A stretch of DNA of 64,000 bases from the human T2T-CHM13v2.0 reference genome, Homo sapiens: NCBI RefSeq assembly GCF_009914755.1, contig NC_060936.1; one strand, 5' to 3'. Shown one piece after another: positions 45,032-59,030 of this stretch (positions are counted from its first letter, which is position 1; the number at the start of each line of letters is the position of its first letter). A program made the translations under genes and the position numbers. A model generated the notes under the pieces. That model made no database searches, was not told the origin of the DNA, and saw nothing but the letters and a program-made list of their open reading frames with translations.

Positions 45032-45332
45032 GGGCTGGGCACAGTGGCTCACACCTGTAATCCCAACGCTTTTGAGTTGCTGTGGTGGGACGGTCGCTTG
45101 AGGCCAGGAGTTTGAGACCAGCCTAGGCAATATGGCAAGACCTTGTCTCTACAGAAAAATTTCAAAAAGTTAGTAGGGCATGGTGGCACGCACCTGTAGT
45201 CTCAGTTATTCGGGAGGCTAAGGTATGATGATTGCTTGAGCCTGGGAGTTCAAGGTTACAGTGAGCTATGATAGTGCCACTGCACTTCAGCTTGGACTGA
45301 AGATCCTGTCTCAGAAAAAAAAAAAAAAAAAA
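45032..45332 (+). mobile_element. Alu (AluJ) inserted in a MER5A-like MITE (about 44955-45440)
   Basis: Alu consensus; MER5A motifs gcttgttagaaatgcagaa / gaatcagaatctgcatttt on either side. Confidence 0.85.
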
Positions 45333-45789
45333 GGCAGAATCCTAGGTTTTGTCCTGTCCCAGGCGTGTTGAATCAGAATCTGCATTTTAGCAAGGTCTCC
45401 AGGAGATTTGTATGCACATTACAGTATGAGAAGCACTGCCATACAGAAGAGCTGTATCAGAGTTCAGTGTGATCCCTGTTATTAATCCAGGTTGCTGACC
45501 CCACCCCAGACCTACTGAATCAGAGTCTCAGGAAGGAGGGCCCAGGAATTTTAGTTTTATTAAACATTCTAGTTTATTCTCCTGTACACTAGTATGTCAG
45601 AATCAGCGTACTAGGGAAAGGAACACAAACCCAACTTCACGTTTTTTCTTCAGATGCTGTCTGTTATTTTGGATGACACCCCTCCTGGCCATAAGCCAGC
45701 CATTAGGCACAGAGATGGGTGGATTTAATTTGAAAAGGAACTATAATTCTATAATGCACAGTGTCCTCTCTTAGAATATCTACACTTTC

Positions 45790-46055
45790 TTTCCTTTTTT
45801 TGATTCTTAAAAAAAAACTTATTGATACATAATAGATGTAAATATTGTCAGGGTATATGTGGTAATTTGATATATTCATATAATCAATCAGTGTAATTGG
45901 GATATCCATCACCTTAAACATTTACCTTTATGCTAGTAACATTCAAATTACTCTCTTCTAGCTATTTTGAAATGTACAGTAGATTAGTATTAACTCTAGT
46001 TACCCTACTGATCTATTGAACACCAGGTCTTACTTCTTCTGTCTTAACTGTAATT
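45790..46055 (-). mobile_element. L1MA-like 3' end fragment
   Basis: T-rich end and gggatatccatcaccttaaacattt motif. Confidence 0.6.
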
Positions 46056-46118
46056 ATCTTCATTTTCTAGCAATGCTATTTCTCATCTCTAACTTGTATC
46101 ATCTCAGGATGCTGTATA

Positions 46119-46764
46119 TTTCTTTTATTTTTTATTTTTTTATTTTTATTGATCATTCTTGGGTGTTTCTCGCAGAGGGGGATTTGGCAGGGTCATAGGA
46201 CAATAGTGGAGGGAAGGTCAGCAGATAAACAAGTGAACAAAGGTCTCTGGTTTTCCTAGGCAGAGGACCCTGCGGCCTTCCACAGTGTTTGTGTCCCTGG
46301 GTACTTGAGATTAGGGAGTGGTGATGACTCTTAACGAGCATGCTGCCTTCAAGCATCTGTTTAACAAAGTACATCTTGCACCGCCCTTAATCCATTTAAC
46401 CCGGAGTGGACACAGCACATGTTTCAGAGAGCACAGGGTTGGGGGTAAGATCATAGATCAACAGCATCCCAAGGCAGAAGAATTTTTCTTAGTACAGAAC
46501 AAAGTGAAGTCTCCCATGTCTACTTCTTTCTACACAGACACAGCAACAATGTGATTTCTCTATCTTTTCCCCACATTTCCCCCTTTTCTATTCCGCAAAA
46601 CCACCATCGTCATCATGGCCCGTTCTCAATGAGCTGTTGGGTACACCTCCCAGACGTGGTGGTGGCCGGGCAGAGGGGCTCCTCACTTCCCAGTAGGGGC
46701 GGCCGGGCAGAGGCGCCCCCCACCTCCTGGACTGGTCGGCTGGCTGGGCAGAGGCGCCCCCCAC
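46119..46764 (-). mobile_element. 5'-truncated SVA retrotransposon (tail, SINE-R, partial VNTR)
   Basis: tttattgatcattcttgggtgtttctcgcagagggggatttggcaggg SINE-R end; GC-rich VNTR units gggcagaggggctcctcacttcccag. Confidence 0.93.
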
Positions 46765-47250
46765 ACAAACACTGAAGCCGTAGCATTGACTAAGGAAACA
46801 ATTTTACCATCCTAAGCTAGTGGATGTCACCCTCTCAGTGTATGGAGGTTGCATATGACAAGTAACTGGGAGCTGGGCATAAGATCTAGGACACTCATAT
46901 CCAGGGTGATTCTCTTCATAAGGAGGCATGGGCTGAGTCTCCATTTATAGGGGCTGTCCCCATAGAGACTTCAAGCCACACCTTTCTAGGGATTCAGGTT
47001 GCACATTACCTGATTCTCACAGTTGATTTGAGCCTGCAAGACTGTAAACCCATCCCATTATCATGTTTTCTTCCTCATTTACCTACATTTATCATTAAAC
47101 CTTTGTGATTCAGCAAATCTGTTTACCTTCTGATTCTACTTTAAATTCCGTTCATGTTCTTCCTTGGCCCTCCTGTGTATTTCCCACAGCTTTGCTAGGC
47201 CTTAAGATCATCTCACATTCTTCATCCTAATGACAAAAATAAGTTCTATG

Positions 47251-47668
<418 letters not shown>

Positions 47669-47889
47669 TTAAAGCTGCATCTTGATGTTAACCTGCTGAA
47701 ATGTGTGTGTTGGACCGGGGTGAGGAGGAAGCAGTCATTCATGCTGTGGAAGAGAACAGCATGAGCAATTGCAGTGGGGCATGAATGAGTGGGTGGTTAT
47801 GAGTGGGAGGCAGAGTCCGTGAGTTGGGAGGGGCACAAGCGAGTTTAACCTTTACCTTGGAGGTGATGCAGAGCAGTTGAGTTCCATAC

Positions 47890-48105
47890 AGATTTGGCTT
47901 CGAATATGAGTTCCACTACTTCTTAGTTGTGAGATTGGACAAGTCACTTGACCTCTCTTTGTCAGCCTCAGTTTTCTTGTTTATAAAATGGGGGTGATAG
48001 TAATAACTACATGATGGGATAGTGATGAGGAATTAAATGAGATCATGCATGTAAAATGCTGAGCCCTGCACATAATAAGAACTAAGTAAATGTGAGCCAT
48101 TATCA
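47890..48105. mobile_element. MIR
   Basis: caagtcacttgacctctc...cctcagtttt...taaaatgggg core. Confidence 0.7.
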
Positions 48106-48974
48106 TTTAAGTAGGGAATATCATGCCCATCTGAGTCCATACATTTGTTTCCTGACTTAATAAAATAGCTGCCGTTCCTGAGAAGGAGGGATTCCTATTT
48201 CCCAAATGCTGGAAACAGGGACTTATAGAAGGTAAATTGCCCCATTAGTAAGTAGCTGAATTGGTTTTCCAACCTGGATCTTTCTGGCTACAAAACTGAT
48301 GCCTTGTTCCAGAAAGGATTTAAGGATGCTCAGGAGGAAGACATTCCCAGAGTTACACTCTAGAAGGTCTTGGAGTGAATGGGAGGTATAGTGGAATGGA
48401 GGGCGTATTTGAAGAAACCCTTCCTGTGAAGGAAAATCCAAGAGAATGAAGTAAGGAGAGACTTAAACTTGAAAAGATTCTTGTGAGAGAAGGAAAGGGG
48501 CTATTTACAATAGAGAAGAGACTAGAAGAAAGTCTGAACTCACCTCCCTGGAAGCAGAGGGTGGTGGGGTTTTTGAGGGCTGTGTGAGAGTGTAGAAGTA
48601 CTGAGAACAAGAAGCCATGTGGATCCTGTGAGGGCCAGGATGGGGGGGGGGTCATGGGTCATCTGTGTTTGCTGATTGGCTTTATCCAAAGGAAGAGTAA
48701 ACATCTCATCCTTATGACAGGAAGTAGTCCTGCAGCTTGGAGCAAGGTGCCCACCAAAGTTAGGCACATCCCACAGCAAGTGGGAGAAAGGAGTGCTATC
48801 TCCTTTTGAGGTTACATTTCAGAGAATGGTTCCCCTGGGTCCTTGAGAAAGACAGTCCTGGGTTGTAAAACTGGCAAGAGGCTGAGGGAAGATGTATGTC
48901 TCAAAGGGGAACTCAAATAATTTATAATTTTAAGTTTTCTGATGCTCTAAGGGAAGTCAGGTGCCTAATATTGG

Positions 48975-49382
48975 TGATGTGGTTTGGATGTCCCCACCCA
49001 AATCTCATGTTGCAATGTAATCTCCAGTGTTGGAGTTGGGGCCTAGTGGGAGGCGATTAGATCATGGAGTAGATTTATCATGAATGATTTAGTACCATTC
49101 TCTTGGTACAATCCTCAAGATAGTGAGTTCTTACAAGATCTGGTCATTTAAAAGTGTGAGGCAACTCTCCTCACCCCTTGTTCCTACTCCTACCATGTGA
49201 GGTGCTTGCTCCCTTTTCACCTACTGCCATGACTGGAAGCTTCCTGAAGCCTCCCCAGAAGCAGATGCCTATGTGACGCTTCCTGTACAGCCTGCAGAAC
49301 CATGAGCCAATTAAACCTCTTTTCTTTATACATTACCTAGACTCAGATATTTCTTTATAGCAATACAAGAATGGCCTAATCG
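48975..49382 (+). mobile_element. MST-type MaLR solo LTR
   Basis: tgatgtggtttggatgt...cagcctgcagaaccatgagccaattaaacctcttttcttt. Confidence 0.85.
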
Positions 49383-49589
49383 TGTTAGGAAGAAGCCTGT
49401 CTGAAGTGCAGTCAGGCTGAGGGGAGCATGAAGGCCATCTTGATGGGGGAAGTCTTTTAGTACCCTAATGCGAGCAGATGATGATGTTGTTGGCAGAGAG
49501 GGAGGGTATAACTTGTGGTGCCTAGCCCTAGAGGGAATGGAAGGGCCAGAATCCAGAGCATAGGTGGGATTGTGTGGGCTGACAAGTAA

Positions 49590-49635
49590 TAGTATATGAT
49601 AGCATAGTATATGATAGCAGTAGTATACGATAGCA
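49590..49635 (+). repeat. 15-bp minisatellite, 3 copies (tagtatatgatagca)
   Basis: Read directly from the sequence. Confidence 0.85.
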
Positions 49636-49637
49636 TG

Positions 49638-49761
49638 TGTGTGAGTCCATTTTGTATTGCCATAAAGGAGTACCTGAAGCTGGGTAATTAATAAAGAAAA
49701 GGGGTTTATTTGGCTCACTGTTCTGTAGGCTGTACAAGCATGGCACTAACATCTGCTTGGC
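49638..49761 (-). mobile_element. Truncated MST LTR 3' end, inverted relative to 48975-49382
   Basis: Reverse complement aligns to 49281-49380. Confidence 0.85.
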
Positions 49762-49829
49762 ATGAGCCACCACGCCCGGCCAGAATTTTATTTTTAGTGA
49801 CTAGGCTTTCCTTTAAAACCTCTGTACTA

Positions 49830-49956
49830 GGCCGGGTGCAGTGGCTCGCGCCTGTAATCCCAGCACTTTGGGAGGCTGAGGTGGGAGGATCACTTGAGCC
49901 CAGGAGTTTGAGACCAGCCTGGGCAACAGAGTGAAACCCCATCTCTTTAAAAAAAT
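49830..49956 (+). mobile_element. FLAM / Alu monomer
   Basis: Left-arm consensus and A tail. Confidence 0.88.
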
Positions 49957-51111
49957 AAAGCACTTGAAGCAGAACTTTTTATCTGTCATAATCACTGCTA
50001 TGTCCACAGCACCTAAAACAGTCCCAGACATCTGTTGAATAAATGAATGAATGAGGTGGGAAGTCTTTCTTTACACTTAGATGAAAACTCCATCGGACCC
50101 CAAATTGTTCTGGTCTTGTTCAGGTAATAATTTTAATTCTATAATAAAATCTCAAGTTATAATAGGCTCAATTTGATAATTAGGATGCCCAGTGTTGTGT
50201 AATAATTAAAGCGTTAAATTTCCTCTCTGCCCCACAGCTGGGATCCAAGAAGACCCTGTGGCTGGCTACTCTTCTGTATTTTCATTTATCTCCACCCCCA
50301 GTTTACCAGCAGTGGTTATCCTCTCTCCAAGACTGGGCCAGGGGTGAGAAGGGCAGTCTTACCAGGCAAGGGTCTTTGCTGACAGATGTCTGGGCCTTCT
50401 TGACAGCAGGTGTTTAAAGCTGAATCTGGTTCTACTTTCAGGAGAGTGATGGTTTGAGATGGTAACTGAAGTTGTAGAAGTAGATGTTGAGGATGAAGTA
50501 TCATATTAATAAAACATTGCCCATTAACACCTTAGCACAAATTAAAACTAGCTATACCTCACTGATAAGGACCTGAATGGCTAAATAATGATGAATGATT
50601 TATGGATGTAGCGGGGAACTGGGTGGAAGCAGTAGTAAGAAATTTGAATTAAGGAATCGTAAGGGAATCGAGATTATCTAGTTTCCCCTCGACATTTTAT
50701 AACTGAATAAACAATAAAAAACAAGAGAAGTGACAGCTTTATAGCATCTGATTGGGGAAAAACACATCTTTTCTGGGGCTAGACAGTCCATAAATAGGAC
50801 TTGGAAATGGAAGTGTAGGGGGAGATCCCATTGTACTTCAGTGGAAAACTATGCATTGTCTGGAATCTAGACTCTGGACAAAGACCCTTCCTTCCTGGCT
50901 GTTTGATTTTGATTCTATGGGAGCTATCTTGCAACTCTGTAAGCTGTAGGTAACTGATAGCAGAGCAAAATAATTCTTGTCTATAGACGTGTACATTGTG
51001 TCTTAGCGTAGATTCACCCGACCTCCTTCCCCAGTTTTGCTTCTATTAGCACATTTATTTCAGTAATTTTGATCTTTGGATTCTCCTTGGACATTCCTCA
51101 CTGAAAAATGA

Positions 51112-51117
51112 AATAAA
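51112..51117 (+). terminator. Candidate distal poly(A) signal AATAAA for a long NDUFA9 3'UTR isoform
   Basis: AATAAA followed by GT/T-rich sequence (ttttggcatgtgctcttctttt); recalled existence of a long-3'UTR isoform, not verifiable here. Confidence 0.3.
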
Positions 51118-52231
51118 ATTTTTGGCATGTGCTCTTCTTTTGCATCTGTTTGAGAGCTGCAATTTTTACCTTTGTTTCAAAATTATCCTTTAACCAAAGG
51201 GACGGTGGTGAACTAGGCAGGCGGAGCTGCCCACTCCAGGTGGTTGTTACCAGGGGAGGGCGCTGGCCAGTGTTGCCAGATCTCCACTTTTTCAAGGGAA
51301 GCTGAAAAATCTCATTTTTGTCAATATGTGAAACTTCTTTATGTTTCAATATTGGCAACTAATTGAAAAAAAAAAAAAAAGTGTGCCTAAGAAAACTCAC
51401 CTGTGGTGGGATCTGTTCCATTGGCCACCTTGTTGGGTCAGGGAAACAGGACATCTGGATCTAAGAAGTGCTGTATGCTGACCTGAAGTGGACCAAGTAC
51501 TCCTCGTGTATTTTCTCATTCTCACCACAGCCTTGTGAGGTAGATATTGTCATGCCATTTTACAGGACAGCCACACATATGCCAAGTGCCAGAGAGTAAA
51601 TGGCAACAGCAGGACCAGACCCAGATTTACTGTCCAGTGCAGTTTTGCTGAGAGCGGTGAGAGGTGGAGGAGGCATCTAAAGGGCTTGCTTTACAATGTT
51701 GCCTGGAGCCAGTCCACATCTGAGCCATGGGAGGTCACAAGAAATGTGAGTTGGGAGATCCTTTAACGGAGTGGGATGGGTGGATTTACAAAGAAGCTTC
51801 CATAACCCGCCACGTTCTCCAAGTAACCTTGGGTGTGAGCTCCATTTGGCTTTTTTTTTTCAAAGCAGGCTTTTTAAAGGCAAAATGGGGAACAAGGAGT
51901 GAGCTGATACAAAGTTGTTTGTCAGGAATTCTCATTGGTTTATAGAAATAACATTGGTTAGTGATTGGCTATGCATTGTTGAATTACAGGGTATGAGCTA
52001 CTTGTGTTAGTCAGTCTAGAGTCCATACAGCAGGCAGCTTCAAGAGGTGATTACTTAGCTCAAGGTGGGTGAGTGGGACATGACTGCTGTCTCATTTCAA
52101 GGGCCCTCTGAGCCAGGTAATTTAGAGGAGGCTCACATTCCTCAGATAAAAGTTTCTTTTCTTTCTCATCCAAATGACTTTTATCAGTGATTACTAGGTT
52201 TTGAAGCCTAATACTTAGATTCTTTCTCTAG

Positions 52232-52585
<354 letters not shown>

Positions 52586-53552
52586 CCACCACGAATAAAT
52601 TATTAGGAAAGCTGGTGGAATCAGAGGGTGGACAAAAAACAGAGCTTCCACACTCTTGAGCTTCCTTAATATGTTTCATGACATGAAGCATTCCTTCCTT
52701 TATCTAAAAAATTGTTGACCTCCTGCCAAATATATCCTTACAGGTAAGGAGAAGTTGGTAGATTTACCTATAGTTGCATAGCTGATATGTGGCAAAACAT
52801 CAAAGTCCAGAGCTCTAAACGGTATGTCTTGTGGTGCTCATAATTATATGCTCTGAAATAAAAAAGAAGACTATATTACATGCTAATCACTGATAAATCT
52901 TTCTGCGATGCCGGTTCAATTGCCTTCATTGATTATCGCAGAATTTCCTATTTGATTCACTTTGGTGAACTCTCATGACATTTTAGATGTTGTGTTAGGT
53001 GTTGGGGATTCCAAGCTAATTAAGAAATTGACACTACTCCAGAGAAGACCTCCTAATTGGTCTCTTTACCTTGATCTCTACTCATTCTGACTCTCATCAT
53101 TGTCTGAATTTTCTCCTTAACATAAGAGCTTGAATTTTTATTTCCTTATTTAAATTTGCTAAATGATTCTCTCATAATGAAGTAAAAACTCCTGAGCAGG
53201 GCCAGAGTTGGAATGAGGATCAGAAAGGGAATTTAGTTCAATAGGGATAATGATGTTCATTTTAGACATGTGGACTTGTGATTCTGGGGAATCAGAGAGG
53301 AGGGGTTTCAAAGTTCACAGCTGGCATTGTGGCTAAAGTTAGTTCTGAAGGTACAGATTTGGAGACCATCAATGCTGAGTCCAAGGGGAAAGAAGAGCCC
53401 TTGAAATGGGATACAAGTAGAGATATGCTGAGGATGTTGGAGAATAATCTAGAAACTCTCAGGGCTCCAGGGTCTTGGCATGGCCACCTCATATCCTTTC
53501 TGCATGAGGCCACTTGGTTCCTTTGCTTTTGAAGAAAATGGCAAAATTAATA

Positions 53553-53921
53553 CAAATGCTCCCCTGACTTACAATGGGGTTATGTCCCAGTAAATCCATC
53601 AGAAATTGAAAATATTGTAAGTTGAGAATGCACTTAATATACTTAGCCTACAGAACATAATTGCTTGGCCTAGTCTACCTTAAACATGCTCAGAACACTT
53701 ACATTAGCCTACTGTTGGGCAAAATTACCAGCACAAAGCCTGTTTTATCATAAAGTGTTAAACATCTCGTGTAATTCATTGAATACTGCACTGAAAGTGA
53801 ACACCAGAATGGTTGTATGGGTACTCAAAGTACAGCTTCTACTGAATGCGTATTGCTTTTGCACCATTGTAAATTGTGAACAATTGTGAGTCAAATCATA
53901 TAGTAAGTTCAGGACCATCTG
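53553..53921. mobile_element. MER47A-like TcMar-Tigger MITE
   Basis: TA target dinucleotides; TIRs caaatgctcccctgacttac / gtaagttcaggaccatctg; about 369 bp. Confidence 0.75.
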
Positions 53922-54581
53922 TACTGCATCAAGGTCCCCAGGACCTGAACACAAGTGGTATAAATTATTCCCACTCCTGGATAAAAATTTGTTCCAGGAA
54001 AGCAGGTAAATTAGCATGATATAAATCTTCAAATTACTTTTGCCCAGTTTGGAGATGATGATCCAGCATGGTGTGACCAACAGTGTTTTCTCATCAACAC
54101 CATAAGTAATTCTGCAAAGGACATGCTGTACACTTTGCCCAGATTTGTGATTATTTCCTCAAGAAATGGAATTACTGGGCTAAAGGGAGTTAACATCTTT
54201 AAGGTTCTAGTTAACCACTGAGAAACTGGCCTCAAGAAAGATTGGATAATGTATATACCTGCCAATTAAAGCCCATCATTGCTACTGCTAAATATATTCC
54301 TTTAAATTTTTTTCTATTTAATAGGGTGTAAAGGGCATTTTATTTTTTATTCAATATGCCTTACTTTGATCATGAATTATTAACTTTCTTATGTTTATTG
54401 GTCATTATACTTCTTATAAAGATTATTTGCATATTTTCTTATTGAGATGATCATCTTTCTTTAACTGGCATGTGACATTTTACATAGCAAGACTATTAAT
54501 CCTATGACATATTGAATGTGGAAAAATTTAGACTGCTTTCACACCACAGCAATCAACACATAAGACCTCTGTGATTAAATT

Positions 54582-54587
54582 TGTGTG

Positions 54588-54630
<43 letters not shown>
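54582..54630 (+). repeat. (TG)n microsatellite, about 24 units, one interruption
   Basis: Read directly from the sequence. Confidence 0.95.
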
Positions 54631-55034
54631 CGGGGTTGGGGACATTCTGCGGTGGACACCAGCTGGGTGTCCTTCAATTTAATTCTGACACCATCCACCT
54701 GAGATAGCGTAAGATCCCACAGATTGAGGACTCAGTCCCATAAGACTGCCCCCCACTTCCAATGTCCATCCCAAGCCCTAAGTTTTTCTATCTGTGCTCC
54801 TGACCGATTGGCTACAAATCGAGGATCCCACGACCTTCTCCATGAGTTCGTTTAATTTGCTAGAGCAGCTCAAAGAACTCAGGGAAACACTTTTACCAGT
54901 TTATTATAAAAGAAACTACAAAGGATACAGATGGAGATGCATAGGGTAAGGTATGGGGGAAGAGATGCGCAGTGTCCATGCTGTCTCTGGATGTGCCGCC
55001 CTCCAGGAACCTCCACATGTTCAGCAATCCAATA

Positions 55035-55798
<764 letters not shown>

Positions 55799-56057
55799 CC
55801 AGAAAACTCTCTGAACCATGTCTTTTCGCATTTTTATAGGGACTTCATTACATAGGCATGATTGATTAAGTCATTGGCCGTTAGTTATCAGTTTAACCTT
55901 AAACCCCTTTTCCTTCGTCGGCGATCAAGGGATGGGGCTAAAACTCTAACCCTCTAATCCTACTTGGTGTTTTCAGTGACCAGCCCCCAGCCTGAAGCCA
56001 CCCAGGGGATGCCAACCCTCAGTCAACTCATGAGCACACAAAAAGACATCACTTTGT

Positions 56058-56328
56058 GCCAGGTGCAGTGGCTCATGCCTGCAATCCCAGCACTTTAGGA
56101 GGCCGAGGTAGGCAGATTGCTTGAGCTCAGGAGTTCAAGACCAGCTTGGGCAACATAGCAAAACTCCGTCTCTACTAAAAATTACGTGGGCATGCTGGTG
56201 TGTGCCTGTAGTCCCAGCTACTTGGGAGGCTGAGAGGGAGGAGGTTGCAGTGAGCCGAGATCATGTCACTGCACTTCAACCTGGGTGACAGAGCCAGACC
56301 TTGTCTCAAAAACAAACAAACACAAAAA
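56058..56328 (+). mobile_element. Alu (old, internally deleted)
   Basis: TSD-like aaaagacatcactttg / aaaaaacatcgctttg. Confidence 0.85.
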
Positions 56329-56734
56329 AAACATCGCTTTGAAGATTCTGAGGATTTTAGGAGTTATAGGCCAGGAAATAAATCCAAAGACCACATATTA
56401 ATATATATTTTACAATATCACACTTTTGTTACACTTTTTTTCTAGGTGATTACTTGATTTTTAATATATAGAAGTTTACATTTTTATCTATTGAGATCTA
56501 TTAAAGATGTATCTATTAAAGATTTTCATTTGTGGATTCTTCCAGTATTCTTCTCTTTTCCAATATCAAGTTAATACTTACTCATATTTTCTTTTTTTTA
56601 AATGTTTAACTCTAAAACATCTGAATTTTATTTCAGGACAGAGTATATAGTGAATCTGTGATTTCCTTTCCTTTTTCTGTTGCTTACCAAATAACCTTTT
56701 CTTTAGTCAATAATGCATGATACCATCTATGTCA

Positions 56735-56990
56735 TAGGAGAAAGGTTAAATGCATGAATTCTGGAACCAGCCTGCCTGGTTTTAAATCCTAACTTCAACA
56801 ACTGCTGGATTGGTGATCTTGGGCAAGTTTTTCTTAACCCCTCTGTGCCTCAGTTTGCTTATCTGTAAAATGGTTTTAATAGTGTCTACTCACACGATGG
56901 TCGTGAGAATTGAATGAAATAATGTATCTAGAGCACTTTGAAGCATGCCTGAAACATGACTAAATGCCACATATATGTTGGCTATTGTTA
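56735..56990. mobile_element. MIR
   Basis: ttgggcaag...ctctgtgcctcagttt...atctgtaaaatgg core. Confidence 0.75.
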
Positions 56991-57249
56991 TGTACCTAAT
57001 TTTGTCACTATTTAGGTCTGGTTTGGAGCTCTACTGTTTCACAGACTACTTTGTGTCAAGTTAAATTCTATTTTAATTATTGTAGCTTTATAGTGTTTTT
57101 AATGTCCAGTGTTGTATACCTAAAGTCTACCTTGGTACCTGATGGATCAAGATCTTGGATGAAATGAGAAGTCATAGAATTGGGCTCAGAAAGGAAGAAC
57201 ACATTTTCTTCAAGAAAACATTTTGGAGAATCAACAGTTTGCTGTATTG

Positions 57250-58064
57250 TTTCATTTGTTTATTAATTATTTTATTCAGCATTTATTAAGACACTCCTAT
57301 GTGTTGAACTCTGTTAGGTTATGCAAAGCAGAGATGAAGGAGATACTTTAAGGAGCAAAAGTCTAGTGGGGAAGACATGTACATTAACGGATAAATTAAA
57401 ACAGCTCTGTGGAGCTTTTACAGAGATACAAGCCACATGGGAACGCAGGGAGCACTTCACTGGCTGAATAGGGAGTTAGGAAAAGCATCACGGGGAAGCT
57501 GACGTGTAAGCTGGATCTCACAGGATAGGAGTTTGGCACACCATGAAGCGAGAGAAAAGGGGAAGGACATTCTAGGCAGGAGGAACAAAGACACAGCGCT
57601 ATGAAGAAACTTGGCTGGTCAAGTAGCGGGGGTCAGGCATGTACACGTACAGCACGTTAAGAGGCTTGGACCTCATCCAGCTGGAAATAGGAGCCACGAA
57701 AGGGCTTGAAGCAAAGCAGTGAAAGCAGATTTGTGCTTTGGGAAGGGCTCTCTGATTGTACCACATAAAGGGAGTCAGAAGGGGGCGGAGCTGGAGGCGG
57801 GAGACTGGCTGGGCCTGGGGAAGTCATTCAAGCAAGATGTGAAAAGTGGATAGAAAGATGTGGGTCAGTCTGAGGGATGTTTAGAAAGTTGAATGCGTGC
57901 TTCCGGTGATAAAGTGGATGTGGAAGATGAAGAATCACGGATGCTTCCGAAGTTCTTGGCTTGGGAACCTCGCTGGCTGGTGGTACCATTGACCAAGGCG
58001 TGGAACACTGGAAAAGAAGCAGATTTACAAGGGGAAGAAGATAAAATCAAAACTTTGAGGGTAC
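57250..58064 (-). ncRNA. Possible terminal exon of a minus-strand lncRNA (GAU1 region), L2-derived
   Basis: Three minus-strand AATAAA (57259-57287) and a minus-strand acceptor tttccatgttccacag| at 58065/58064; GAU1 is recalled as antisense between NDUFA9 and GALNT8; exon structure unverified. Confidence 0.25.
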
Positions 58065-58956
58065 CTGTGGAACATGGAAATATTCAAAAAGCAGAAAGGT
58101 ATTTGACTAATAAGTTTGAAAAAGGCAAACCTAATTAGTGACCAAAGAATGCAAATTTAAATGACAATAAGGGATTTTTTTTCCCATGTAGCACATTAGT
58201 TAATAAACATTTTGAACGTTAGCCTTAGTGCTCTGCTGACTCCTTGTTCTCCTTCTGACCCTTACATCATCCCCACTGCATCCGTATGGAGTCCTTAGAG
58301 CTTCTCAGAGCATGATGGGAAAAACCACTGGCTTAGAGCACTAGGGATAAAAAGCCAAGCTCCTTGGAAAGGTAGAACTAGTCTTAGTTACTGGCAGCAG
58401 AGTTTCCTAATGGCAAACTGCCCAGGAAAGGGAAGGATGGCCAGAAAGCCTTCATCTGCAGCTGTGTTGGGGTGGGAGAAGGAACACTGGGAAGGAGGGT
58501 CAGGCTCTGTCCCAGGATCCGCCTCAGCCCTGAAGCAGAGAGCCTTTAGCAGAGCCGCTCCACCAGTTTGGAGGGTCACACCATCACTTGTCTGAATAAA
58601 TCAGCTACATTCGCAATCAAGCCAAGATACCAACTCTGTACATATACACACACGCCTAACAAATATGCACGATGGGCTGTTTCTTACTTTGGCTATCGTC
58701 CTGAGAAGGTGTGAGAAAATGTATATGTTAAAGCCTCAGAGGCATGGATGGGAGTCTATTCCCAGAGAGATAGAAGTATGACAAAACCTCAAAATAAGTT
58801 TTTGAACACATTTCTCTCCCTGCCTCCCAAATGAGCTCATTGTGGCAACATTAGGAATGTCTAACAGAAGTCACAGCAATAGCAACAGCTGCCGCAGAAG
58901 CATCCACAGCCCAGGCTGCCTCCAGCCCTTCACAGAAATAGCAATCTTCACTCACT

Positions 58957-59030
58957 CCACCACCACCACCACCACCACCACCACCACCACCACCACCACC
59001 ACCACCACCACCACCACCACCACCACCACC
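58957..59030. repeat. Pure (CCA)24 / (GGT)24 trinucleotide repeat
   Basis: 74 uninterrupted bases. Confidence 0.98.

Noticed and set aside
51250-51263. CTCF-like CCAGGGGAGGGCGC
   Set aside because: Two mismatches at core positions; not supportable without ChIP data.
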